DNA of 64,000 bases from Glycera tridactyla. Taxonomy: Eukaryota. The notes beneath the pieces are model-generated. The model made no database searches, was not told where the DNA came from, and was given only the letters and a program-made list of their open reading frames with translations. Shown here one piece after another: positions 51,261 to 64,000 of this stretch. A program made the position numbers and the translations under genes. The stretch is taken from contig OZ286459.1 in NCBI GenBank assembly GCA_965644265.1, positions 93,310,001 through 93,374,000 of the forward strand. The letters are read 5' to 3'. Positions within the stretch are counted from its first letter, which is position 1, and every line of letters begins with the position of its first letter.

Positions 51261-53300
51261 CTGAGCTGCCGAGATCTGTGTGAAGCGGTAATCGGCCAGA
51301 GAAACGAGTGTATGGAGACTTTCCTATAACGTAATCCCTACATCATCTTAAATTGTCGTTCATCAGATCAATAGATTATGTTGAAATTGTGTTAGATCAC
51401 ATCACTTGAGTCTTTCACACAGCTCCGACCAAGGATCCGTTGATGATAACAGTTTTGAGCATCAGAATCGGCCGAATTAGTTCGAGCAGACAGGTGTTGG
51501 CATATGGATCTCCAGCCCCACTGGATAATATGTTTCATATATCCACCCACCTACTCTCGCCCTCTTGAGTACTATCGTGGGATGGAATACATATGACCTG
51601 CAATTACATGAATAGAATAATAGGCTGCCGCAGCACATTAGGTGTGACATTTCAGATGACATCTAGGCCACTCTGAGATGTCTGTTAACTGAATGACTCT
51701 CCGCTTCTCTGAATGCGGTGAGGTAGAACATTTCCATTGCCTTCTATTCATCCCTGTAAGTACCTGTCTCCCAATCAAGAGTGGATATATGCACTTGTTT
51801 CTAGGTTTTATTTACAGTATGTTGAAACACTCAGAGATGACGCAATCATAAGCTACTTATGATATCAATTTTCTTCACTATATATTTGATACCGATTCAT
51901 TTTCAATTTGTGTACCAAACTTCTTTCATTCCAAAGATAACATCTCTCTGACACTACAGATGTGTTTTTTTTTCCGAAAGATCCCCCGTCGATGATGCAT
52001 GGTGTCATTCACCATTCAAACTCACATGTGAATATGATCTAACATGTGGGAATTTCCGCGTGTACATTTCACTCGCCATGAATGGCCTGGGAATTGTAGC
52101 ACAATCACTTCCCTACTTCTGATTCCATGACATTCAGGTAACTGGGACCTGACCTCGTTAGTACACAATGGGCAGAATCTGAAAAAATTCAACTAATAGC
52201 ATGCACAGACTAGAAGGTCACTCTGACAGAGTACAACCAAGCTACCTCACATGACCAATATGGGATGCTTTTAGTATGATTATTATAGGATAATCATACC
52301 AATTGGGCTACATTTGTTAACGAGAACTGCGGATAATAGCTCGGGTCCTTACGAATAATATCACCGACATGATTCTATTCTCAATGGACGTGTGAACTAA
52401 TAGACAGGTAGGCAGACAGACAGACAAGCTGACACACAGACATATTAGCAGATGGACAAGCGGTAATTCATCATGAAGGGGGAGCATAAAGCGAAAGAGC
52501 TCCACAAATGCTTGAAAAATTCTCGATGAGACTTTCTGACTTCATTGGATCAATCCGAATCAAGGTCAGTACAACATACAATATACCCAAGTGCCGAAGT
52601 ATATATACACGCCACCAGGAACACTCATATTACTGCACAAATGACACCTTAATGAATTTCATGGAGCTGTATTTTATATCATCTGTAGGGGATATGAATG
52701 GTCCAAACGGCATTATTGGATAAAAGCTTGTAGGAAAGGTACCACATTTTAGCAAACGTTATCATGCTCAAGCTCGGTAATGTCATTGCTGGCCGGCCAT
52801 CTGCTCTGTCTGTCAATCTGCCCCCTCTCTCTCTTTCGTTCTCTCTATCTCTCTCCCTCTCTCTCTGCCTCTATCTCTGTCTCTCGCTCTTCCTCTGTCT
52901 CTCGCTCTTCATCAGATTCTCGCTTGGGTGCTATCTGTCTACCTTTACGCCATCGGCGGCTTTCATTATTGAATACGAATGTCAGCTCTAAAGCAAACAA
53001 TAGAGAGTATGATTGGAATGGGGACGTCTAACTCCTCCTTATCGTCTTAGGACGCGTTCCACGCCTCTGGAGAAATCAGATGAGATGGTCTCGCCAATGG
53101 CCGCTGTAGATCAAACACAACATTTACCGACAGCCACGAGTAATCATTCGATTCATCTCATGCCCCTGTGTAGCATGCACCGGGTATATATGCTACTATA
53201 TACACTGCCTGTCATTCAGTGAGCTGTGCTCTGCTATGTATGACATCATACTGTACCCTCCTACTTTCTTTCCCGTCAACTAGATAACCAATACAATGAT

Positions 53301-53441
53301 NNNNNNNNNNNNNNNNNNNNNNNNNNNNNNNNNNNNNNNNNNNNNNNNNNNNNNNNNNNNNNNNNNNNNNNNNNNNNNNNNNNNNNNNNNNNNNNNNNNN
53401 NNNNNNNNNNNNNNNNNNNNNNNNNNNNNNNNNNNNNNNNN
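53301..53441. other. Assembly gap followed by (TTCA/TCTA)n at ~53470-53630
   Basis: 141 N. Confidence 0.95.
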
Positions 53442-55000
53442 CGTGGCGAGTTCACTGTAGAGTATGTTATCAATCTATTTATTCATTTATTCATTCATAA
53501 ATTATTCATTTATTCATCTTTTCATCCATTCATTCATTTATCTATTCATATATTCATTTTCCTTCATCTATTTATCTATTTATTCATCTATCTATCTATT
53601 CATTATTTTTTAAATTCATTCATCCATTTGTACATATACATTTGTGAAACTGAAGGGACTAACTTCTTATATTCTACAGAATAACATAGTGAAGATTGCA
53701 TTGTACGATACAGGGAAATTGAGCAGTCTCTGATTGAAACCATTTTCAAGAAGTATATATGCAATAACCAAAATGCGTATATTGTTCGAATTATCTAGGC
53801 CTTGTATATCTCAGCATCTATAGGTATCGATACCTTTCAGGAATTCTGAAGGACATTTTGCATGATTATAGTTCAAGTAATAACCCTCATATAAACTCTA
53901 CCTGCACGCAAGGACCACCTCAACAATAAACCATGACTCGCAATCACAGTGATCACACTAGTGGACCCCAAACAGGAAGTTGAATACCCGTCATCGCAAG
54001 CACCATCTGGTGATGATTATAGGAAATACCCTGAAGGAATTTCCTAGAAACAATCTTTGCTAGTCGCTACAAAAACATAAAAAGTGTATATGCCTGCACC
54101 GCGAAATGGAAGCCATGGTTTGCGCATGAACATGTAATGAATATCTAACAATTTCATGTAAATCTTGTGAGCTATCACACAATCAAATGTAGCAAGTCAT
54201 TGTCATTGCTTCCATATCAATGAAGTTCCTATCCCACGTTCATATATCTGTATGGGGTATTAGCCGACAGATATTCTGTTTGCTTGCCTATCCCCTGATG
54301 ATGTGACTAGAGGGTTTTGTGTCTGAGTATGAGTTTGGGATCGAGTGCAGGCCCCAAGAATAATGACCCCATCGTGATACAATCAAGATGCTATTGATGG
54401 ATATCTTATCCATGACGACGACGATTTCGAGAGCAATAACATACAAAGGCATTTGTCTCTGTATACATTGCTATGAAATGGCTAATCATGTTGTTTTTGC
54501 TACAATAGATTGTGGGCAAAAGAATGTACTTAGGTGGAAATATTTTAACATGAACGCATCGTCTAGCTAACTGGTGACTGATGATTTAGCATACCGCAAA
54601 CAGCACTGGCAATGCGTCTGTATGCTGGATGCTTTTCACGGTGCTGTGGAGAGTATATACCACACCTCAACAAAAGTGGTATCATATGCACCCCGCTCGT
54701 TGTTCCCATGATCACTGCATGAGCGTCTCGATATAGCATATTGAGAGCTGAAGATTCAATATCTCATAAAACAAGCAGGGGCGTGACGTGGGCAGAGTGA
54801 GGCTGAGATGTAGGATGGGATTAGCAGGAGGCAGGAAATAGTGATAAATCAAAGAGCGGGGTCTTATTCACTTAGATATAATATGATCTGGCGTCAAGTC
54901 ATCCTAGTTAGATGAATAAAATACAAGGACCTCAGTGCTAAACACTATACATCAACAATGGCTCTCTTGATACTTGGCGGCTATTCCATTCAATGAAATC

Positions 55001-56446
55001 GGTTTCGGATAGTATAATGTCCAATGTGGACGTTCAACTAGAGCCAAAATATCATGAAGCTAGTCAAATAAAAAAAGCCTCTGTGTTGGAAATAGTGCAT
55101 AAACAAAACACCTATCGATATATAATGAATTCGACCCTGGATTCTCCTTACTTTTATCGAGCATCTAGCTAGAGCGCGGGTATTGCGAAAAAGTCAGGCA
55201 CAATGCCCTGTGATCACAAATGGACATACATTATGCAGAAGGTGCAAATTAAAACGCCAATCCTGACAGAGGAACAGGCTAGATCAAAGGCACTTTCACT
55301 ACACAGTGATGAGCACTCAAAGTATGTTCGTGGATGATCTCATATTCCACGCTATTCTCATAAGATCATATAGGGTTTGGGATATTGAGAAAAACATGGT
55401 CATGGTATTCGAGTGTTCCTTCATCCTCTGTGAAACGGTCGTATAGGGCCAGCTTCTCCTCAGGCTGGACGGGTTATTCATTTAAAAAGCAATCGCTGAC
55501 ACATGCAAAGCGGCCTGACTTGGCCTTCATCTTATATATCACAGTCATAAGACTGTCAACACGTCAGCATAGACCCGGCGCTCATCATGATATCTTATAT
55601 GCCTTGCCTCACGTTCACTCACACTTCCACCCACTCTACGTCAACTGTGCGAGAATTCGCCGGACCTACTGGCGCTAAATGAAAGACTCATGAGAGTGGA
55701 ATCTCCGGATCCAAAATGCCTCTCACCACTCACAACTCTCCCACCACTTTAACTTCGATCTGAAATGGGAAAACCGTACCACTATGGTAGAAAACACAAA
55801 CAACGTGTTTCGACAAACGCCAGGACTGTTTTTGTCTAAAACATTCCAATATCTTCCCACAGTCAAGTTGGCAGCATCGAGTGAAGAATATTCTTATCTT
55901 TCAAAAAAGTGTAAAATCTTGAAAAACCATTTTGCGCTGACAAGTGGAACATTGGAGAATCTGTAAAATTGGATGTTGAACCAAAAACAATTATCTACAT
56001 CCCTGTCATCTTAACCGATTTACCAGCAGCAATTAAGGCGATTAGTAGCAGTGATTTCAAAGCATGGGTATAACAGATTCCTGCCACGGGCATGGATCAG
56101 GAAGCTCTCGATCATCATTTTAGCTATAGAGCATGGAGTAAAAAGATGAGACTACCATTTTATATAGTGACATCTATGTGACTTCGATGCGACATATAGG
56201 AATCATATGGTGTTAGGGGCATATGAATGGTCAAAATCAACTCTTCGATTTGGGTCACCCATCCCTGTCGGGTTTCGTATGCGTGGTGGTTGACAATGTA
56301 GGTTTGCTGAGGAGTTATGGTCGCTAGTACGTGTCCAGAAGCTCTTTGTGGTGATGTTGAGTTCAGCCGTATCTGATTGTATCTCCTGACCAAACTTCAA
56401 CACTAATGGTATTGTATATGAGAATGAAAAGGGGGAAGGCTCTATG
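55001..56446 (+). repeat. Duplicated segment, copy 1 (repeated at 62575-64000); possibly contains a decayed LINE RT
   Basis: Near-identical to 62575-64000 (identical ORFs in the track). One frame contains ILLTFIEH...VITNGHTL...SMFVDDLIF, weakly RT-like (low confidence for that part). Confidence 0.95.
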
Positions 56447-57650
56447 CTGGAACACGGCAATCTGATAGCTGTATCAGCAGTGATATTTGAAACTGGATGG
56501 ATATTGCATGCGAAGTTATTTCCAGCCTTTTTGAAGCATCGAAAAAAAAGATTAAAACTCTATGTTATCGAATCGCATGCATATAAAACACGCTTCAGTA
56601 GATGAACAAAACGTGTGAAAGGATATCAAGCATGCAAACTGTTCATTATTACTTGTGATGAAAGCGAAGCAGAATATCATATATTTCTTTAGTTAGGTGC
56701 ATTCACGCGGTCCTCCAGTGTACTGCGTTGTTAGACAACATGCAGCAGAGTTGCTCTTCACATAGGTGACATGACCCGCTAAAAGTTACTAATCAGAAGT
56801 TGAATATTCAACTCATGGGGCTCTCTCTGGGATTTGAACAGTATGCTCGAGAGAGATTCAAACTTGGAAAATTATTCAAAATCAAGGTTGAGTCACCTCA
56901 TAATGTATTGCAAATTGTAAACCAATACATTCCCTGAGTTAGTCATTTCCACTTGTCGGAATTTTCCAGACATTGCTTCGTGACAAAGTTGTGCGTGGGA
57001 CAGATGCCATACAGACATTTGTTGTCACATCAACACTCAAAGGCCTGATAATACCGATATGTGGCTAGCTTGATTTAAAATTCGACAGTTCCCTATAGAT
57101 CAAGTTATGCCCGGCTTCTGTCTGTGTTATGGTATCCGATGCTTTCGATAATTATACAAAGACGTATATATTTCAATCATTCAAATTTGCGTTTCTTTGT
57201 AATCCCTACAACAACCATTTTCGTGTGATTCTCAAGCAACGAATAAAGGTCATCGAAGACGATAATCTACCTTACCTGCCTAGGTTCATTTCTGTCATTA
57301 ATCCAAGGATGAAGCGAATTGACCAAGACAAATTCACACGATTAACATGAGCTTGATCAAGTGAATCCACTGATTCCAGCGCTACCTCTCTGGATAGCTT
57401 TGACACATGATCAAATGAGAAGTGAATCAGGATTTATTGCATCTCATACAATACTAGCGATGTGACTACGACTTGTTTGGAGGGATAAAAGGAGATGAGA
57501 GTTGGCGGTGTCGGTTGAGGTGGAATGAACGGTTAGGATTGTGACGGTAGTTGAGGTGCTTCTTGAGGTGATCATTACATGTTCATGAATGTGATCCTAC
57601 TTACAATGATGGTGGATGTGGTAGTTACACTGAATGTGGAGAAGAAAATT

Positions 57651-57651
57651 T

Positions 57652-57711
<60 letters not shown>

Positions 57712-58145
57712 GCAGTTACAGTGATGGAGAGCCGGTATTGATTGTGATTGAGGTGGTACTTATGGTAATGCTTGAAATGGTGATGGTGAGCGTGGTAGTT
57801 ATGGTGATGCTTGAGATAGTGATAATGGTGCTGGTGGGCGTGGTAGTTATGGCATTACTTGAGATAGTGATAATTGTGATGGTGGGCGTGGTAGTTATGA
57901 CAGTCCTTGAAATTGTGATAATGGTGATGGTGGGCGCGGTAGTTATGGTAATGATTGAAATGGTGACATTGGACGTAGTACTTATGTTAATGCTTGAAAT
58001 GGTGATGGTGGGCGTGGTAGTTATGGTAATGCTTGAAGTGGTGATGGTGGGCGTAGTACTTATGGTAAAGCTTGAATTGGTGATGGTGGGCGTGGTAGTC
58101 ATGGTAATGCTTGAGATGGTGATGGTGGGCGTAGTGATTGGCTGA
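57651..58145. repeat. (GAT)n followed by a 48/39-bp GT-rich minisatellite
   Basis: GGCGTGGTAGTTATGGTAATGCTTGA.ATGGTGATGGTG-type units; early units 48 bp, later units 39 bp. Confidence 0.9.
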
Positions 58146-58383
58146 ATGAGATGGTTGAGAGCTTTCATGCCTTTCGAGGGATCCGGAATTAATCAGCTAG
58201 GTGAGTTAACTGAAACCTTGCGCTCCCAAATTAATAATCTCATCTCAAGATTCAGACAAGAAATGTGTCTATATTTAGAGATGGGTTGTCATGGTAACCA
58301 AGCTGTATCAGGTAACTTTGTCGCACAAGTAGTTGATATTGCCCGTAAAAGAAGCATTCAGGTAAATATTGAATCGCTATCAC

Positions 58384-58404
58384 AAATATGCTTATCATCA
58401 TCAT

Positions 58405-58436
<32 letters not shown>

Positions 58437-58443
58437 GCAGCAG
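58384..58443. repeat. Compound (CAT)(CAG)(CAA)(CAG) triplet repeat
   Basis: Directly visible. Confidence 0.9.
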
Positions 58444-59692
58444 CCGTATTATCACCGTTATCATCATGACAATTGTTGGTGGAGTTTTCGTTGTCGTTGG
58501 TGTATTCGTCGTCAAAAAGGAATTTCATCCATCTATGAATTTCCATTGGCAGCAATAAACCATATCCCATCCTTCAATGATAAAAATTGTGTAGAATCCT
58601 TATCTTATCATCATGGTGAATGCTCTGCCTTCATGAGTTGCCTATTGAATGCACATCAAATTCAGCTACGTCGTGAAGCTGATGCAAAAGCCGTTTGATA
58701 TCATTTATCATCCTCCAATTTGTTGGAGGTATTCATCACTCGAAATGAAGCAAGTTATCTGAGAATGAAAATGCTCTGATTTTGGAGCAGCATATTTTGT
58801 ATGCCAGTCGTTGGGACCGCTCGACTTGAGAGAGGACACACATCATATTTGTGTGGTGGCTACAGACCTCCCACAACAATGCCCTCAGACTGGAAGGACT
58901 GTCCTTGACATTGTCCTCTGAATCTTCATCAAGATATGAACAAGATGTGTAGTCTCCCTATGAAAATCTGAATGGTATGGTTTCCAAACCTAATGCTGTT
59001 GAATATTCCAGCTACTTCTGAATGCTGGGAGAACCAAGGCAATGCAACTTGATGATTGTCAATCTTGTCATCTCCCTGATTATCTGACATATGGACATTT
59101 CATAAGCATGTCCATTCGTCAACTATATTCAGAGTCAACCTTGGTATACAGCAGCACCCTTCAATATTGCAGGTGTTTCCTACCTCTCATACCTAATTTC
59201 AAACAAACAAAAAATGGGAGAATAAAAAGGTACCCATATGATAGACCATTATTTCATTTGTTAACTATTGATCAAGCAATATGTTGGAAAGCTGACACAC
59301 TCTTTCAGTCTTATACACTGCTGTCGTGGCTGAAGAGAAATGAAGCATTCCTTAATCAATCAATCAGCCAATCAATCAATCTTACATTGTGTTACCGATG
59401 TTATGTGTCATCGATGCACTGAGGTACCCCACATTCATGTAGAGTCATGACCTGTTTCAAATGTAATATGAGTAGTGTCCCTTGAGTGGAATATGCAGGC
59501 ATATAACAACAGTCAGCCATTGTGAGCATGGAGTGTATCTTGAGATGGCCATTGTTATATGCATCAACTAGCTACACATCACACTCTCTGGTAAGAGTGA
59601 CAGCCACATCCGACCAACAATGGCTTCCCTACATAATGGATCATCTAACAAATTATATATCATGCAATTAACATCATATTTACCCTGTGTCC

Positions 59693-59701
59693 ATCATCAT
59701 C

Positions 59702-59748
<47 letters not shown>

Positions 59749-59768
59749 TATCATCATCATCACCATCA
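59693..59768. repeat. (CAT)n microsatellite
   Basis: Directly visible. Confidence 0.95.
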
Positions 59769-59879
59769 TCGGCTGCAGCAGCATTTCCGTCCGCAGTAAC
59801 AGTAGCAGCGACCGCGTTACATCATCAGCAATAACAGGAAGCATCAACAACTGAATCCTAACCAACACTTTCAGAAACG

Positions 59880-60400
59880 TGAAAAAGTACGGTAAGATTG
59901 ACCAATATATATCAGATGAACCCACAGCTATTTGATTACAGAGGAGATTTGGGAGTGTATGTTTGCGAAAGTATAACCAGAGATTGTCGATCTCATGCTA
60001 AATGTGAGGTCATTACAAGAATGATACACTCTGCCTGTATGTTCCGTTATTCAGATCGCAAGCTCATCATGTTTGGACACCATTTGAAGCGTGAATTCAT
60101 AGGATGCGGTCCTGAATCACAATGAGTCGGAAATTTGTGGGAGAGGTAAAACACCTATGTTATCATTCGGAAACATACACACTATCATACTTAAATATTC
60201 ATGTTATCATAAGGTAACATGCACCTCATCATAGTGAAGTATTAATGTTATCATAAACAACAGGATTCAGGATGCAGCTAAATGGTGAAGTGGACCTCCG
60301 ATAAGCATCACTGATGTTGAAATTTCGTGCATTCCATACACATTTTGAGCAAATCGAATGCTCCTTAGGTTGGCGTTCATCACCAATACTTCATTATAGA
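59880..60400 (-). mobile_element. Possible decayed LINE endonuclease N-terminus
   Basis: VLVMNANLRSI (cf. ....N.RSL) followed downstream by ECIILV and VILSQTYTP; weak. Confidence 0.28.
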
Positions 60401-62574
60401 AGGGAGGTGAATCTTGTTGGATTTCCGTCGCCTTGTTGAGCTCGACTTTCTCGACAATTCCTGAAGCCATAGCATATACAAGTGACATGGAAACTCAGCT
60501 GCCTCACTACTGATAGAACATGCGGTGTTGCTGCAGGCAGTGAATAAATAAACACTGCGCTGTTGCAATGGGCCTAATGGCCTAGTCCATGACAATACCA
60601 ATAGCCTAATGTGAAAACTGGTCGTCAATCAATGTGATGGCTCTTTTTCACGTTCAGGAGAGCAGTGCGAACAAATAAACAAGCAATAGCACAGCATGCC
60701 ACCCCGGTGACGCGCACAAGCACGCATGCGCATGCTCATGGCGATATATCTGTGATCAGCTGACCACGTGATTCGACCTGCCTGTCTCTGCGCCTTTATG
60801 TATGTCTCTCTGTCTGTCAGACCCTCCGTCCCATCGATTCAGATCATCAATTCATCCATTCATACTGTTGTTGTCTCATATAGCGTTCATTCATTCATCC
60901 TATTATCCACCCATCCATCAATTCATCAAACCATCCATTCCTTCCCTGTTCATCTGTTCACCCGCCTCATCTCACTCTCCTCATGATTCCTGCATCTTTT
61001 TTGTCGGATATCCCCAGAAAGCAGTAGTCGGTGGAAGGCATCTGCTTGTGTGCAGAGGTATTTCAGTGGTGGCTTCTGATTGACTTGCACGAGCAGATCA
61101 TGTCCTACATTATGCTGGCTCTGCACAGACCACCACACAGAAGGCTTTATCATGGATTTTATGATTTCTGGCTCAGTTAGATTCAGCCTCTTGTGAGCAT
61201 CAAGTGAGCAATATCGAGATGCTCATGCAATGCCCATGGTGGAATGATTCGATACTCCACACCCTGTGTCTCAGGCGGAAGCCGAAATAATATGAATATC
61301 CCGGACAACGAATGTATCATCGCATCACTTTGAATGTCATGTTGGCCAATGATGTGTTGCAGCACCCAGTGCTCAATGACTTCACTCACTACGAGTGTAC
61401 TTATTTATCTGACTCTCTGTAACATTGTGATGAAAAATGAACGATTCTCAATCTCAATAAATCTCAATCTCAATCATTTCATACAGGATCGGGAGTATGA
61501 TCTTTCGATTGGTTCAATATGCAGAGATTTGTATGAATAGCAAAGTACACCGGGGTTGTGTGTTGTTGAACGTACTGTATTTCTCCAGGTAGGGTAACCA
61601 TCGCGAAGCGCCAACCCCATGCCTTTGCTGTTAATACAACAATCCTGGTGTCATCCGATCACTCGGTTTCAGAGTTGAGGCTTCTCAGGCTCCATAATAT
61701 TTCCAAAATAAATGAATTCCACCTTGCTAGTGAGGGACATCAATTCAGCACAAACACATATGAACGATATTGAGATGCATGCTGTGTCATCTTGATCTAC
61801 ATGTTGTGAAGAACATCAGAATATTAATCCACTCACTGCAGTGTTGCCAATCGAACTCATGATATTTTGCAACACGAAGAGTGAGTGGAAATCTCACAGA
61901 AGTAGGACTGACGTCAAGGTTTATTTCATTTCTGTCGTATTTCTTGCTCTTCTATAGTTTCTTTCAAATGCACATGTCTGAAATATTACTCTGATCACCG
62001 TTTACATTTCATCATTGCACAGCTCGTGATGTATACCCGCGAGATAAGCGGATGATGAAACGAGAATATGCAGAGCCATCCAAACACCCCCGTACTAACT
62101 GCCACGTGGAATGATTGAGCAGACACCCCCGTTGATGACATAGAACAGCGTCTGCACATGTCCTCAATACATGACCAGTATGAGCAGAACTTGTGACTCG
62201 TCAAACACAAGGTATCAGAAGAATACCATACTTGACGATGCTCCACATCTAGAGCGACAGTGGAAGTATGTGAGGACGGTGCTCCCTGTCATTTCTCTTT
62301 CATCATAATTCGAAGTTTACATGAAGTCATGACGTGAGAAGATCATAGTTCACTTTCGTTCACATTGACGAGAGAATGAAGTTTGTATGGTACTCGTGCC
62401 TGTTTCAGCACGCCTGTTGAGATGTATGCATATTTCATCGCTTGATGATCATTTCATCAATGTCATGGTGAGCTAATGCATACATGCATACATACGGACG
62501 CAGACATACACAAATGCATACACACTGCAGTTCTACCTCCTCGTTTCAGCATCACTTCGTCTCAGATCATGTAT

Positions 62575-64000
62575 GGTCTCGGATAGTATAACGTCCAATG
62601 TGGACGTTCAACTAGAGCCAAAATATCATGAAACTAGTCAAATAAATAAGCCTCTGTGTTGGAAATAGTGCATAAACAAAACACCTATCGATATATAATG
62701 AATTCGACCCTGGATTCTCCTTACTCCTATCGAGCATCTAGCTAGAGAGCGGGTATTGCGAAAAAGTCAGGCACAATGCCCTGTGATCACAAATGGACAT
62801 ACATTATGCAGAAGGTGCAAATTAAAACGCCAATCCTGACAGAGGAACAGGCTAGATCAAAGGCACTTTCACTAAACAGTGATGAGCACTCAAAGTATGT
62901 TCGTGGATGATCTCATATTCCACGCTATTCTCATAAGATCATATAGGGTTTGGGATATTGAGAAAAACATGGTCATGGTATTCGAGTGTTCCTTCATCCT
63001 CTGTGAAACGGTCGTATAGGGCCAGCTTCTCCTCAGGCTGGACGGGTTATTCATTTAAAAGGCAATCGCTGACACATGCAAAGCGGCCTGACTGGCCCTT
63101 CATCTTATATATCACAGTCATAAGACTGTCAACACGTCAGCATAGACCCGGCGCTCATCATGATATCTTATATGCCTTGCCTCACGTTCACTCACACTTC
63201 CACCCACTCTACGTCAACTGTGCGAGAATTCGCCGGACCTACTGGCGCTAAATGAAAGACTCATGAGGGTGGAATCTCCGGATCCAAAATGCCTCTCACC
63301 ACTCACAACTCTCCCACCACTTTAACTTCGTACCACTATGGTAGAAAACACAAACAACGTGTTTCGACAATCGCCAGGACTGTTTCTGTCTAAAACATTC
63401 CAATATCTTCCCACAGTCAAGTTGGCAGCATCGAGTGAAGAATATTCTTATCTTTCAAAAAAGTGTAAAATCTTGAAAAACCATTTTGCGCTGACAAGTG
63501 GAACATTGGAGAATCTGTAAAATTGGATGTTGAACCAAAAACAATTATCTACATCCCTGTCATCTTAACCGATTTACCAGCAGCAATTAAGGCGATTAGT
63601 AGCAGTGATTTCAAAGCATGGGTATAACAGATTCCTGCCACGGGCATGGATCAGGAAGCTCTCGATCATCATTTTAGCTATAGAGCATGGAGCAAAAAGA
63701 TGAGACCACCATTTTATATAGTGACATCTATGTGACTTCGATGCGACATATAGGAATCATATGGTGTTAGGGGCATATGAATGGTCAGAATCAACTCTTC
63801 GATTTGGGTCACCCATCCCTGTCGGGTTTCGTATGCGTGGTGGTTGACAATGTAGGTTTGCTGAGGAGTTATGGTCGCTAGTACGTGTCCAGAAGCTCTT
63901 TGTGGTGATGTTGAGTTCAACCGTATCTGATTGTATCTCCTGACCAAACTTCAACACTAATGGTATTGTATATGAGAATGAAAAGGTGGTAGGCTCTATG
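62575..64000 (+). repeat. Duplicated segment, copy 2 (runs off the window end)
   Basis: Aligns to 55001-56446 with about 20 substitutions by eye, a 1-nt indel and a 19-nt deletion. Confidence 0.95.

Noticed and set aside
58369-58698. PolyQ/His ORF suggestive of a transcription factor exon
   Set aside because: Produced by a compound triplet microsatellite; flanking translation is not protein-like.

Overview
Repeat-rich, AT-rich eukaryotic DNA. It looks like an invertebrate metazoan draft assembly (inference from microsatellite content, L2/CR1-type LINE relics and nine N runs totalling about 2.4 kb). I cannot support any intact host protein-coding gene, rRNA, tRNA or CRISPR array. Almost every long ORF in the track is an artefact of N runs, microsatellites or minisatellites. 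Where stretches look protein-like, they mostly resemble decayed non-LTR retrotransposon ORF2 (AP-endonuclease or reverse transcriptase, L2/CR1 group) on both strands. Two 5'-truncated copies (23.96-24.38 kb and 47.99-48.74 kb) and one L2 3' end (19.66-19.83 kb) are clear; the rest are by-eye motif matches of lower confidence. The structurally notable features are: a 2.5-kb 39-bp minisatellite whose consensus drifts along the array; a tandem array of ~189-bp fold-back (MITE-like) monomers next to an 83-bp TIR element; a ~230-bp satellite with a variable internal microsatellite; a 62-bp minisatellite; two copies of a ~185-bp Tc1/mariner-type MITE; a candidate CRE/ETS regulatory cluster; and a near-identical duplication (55.0-56.4 kb repeated at 62.6-64.0 kb) compatible with a 7.57-kb tandem duplication or haplotype mis-assembly. 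I found no convincing evidence of a new multi-gene system; the findings are ranked as leads only.
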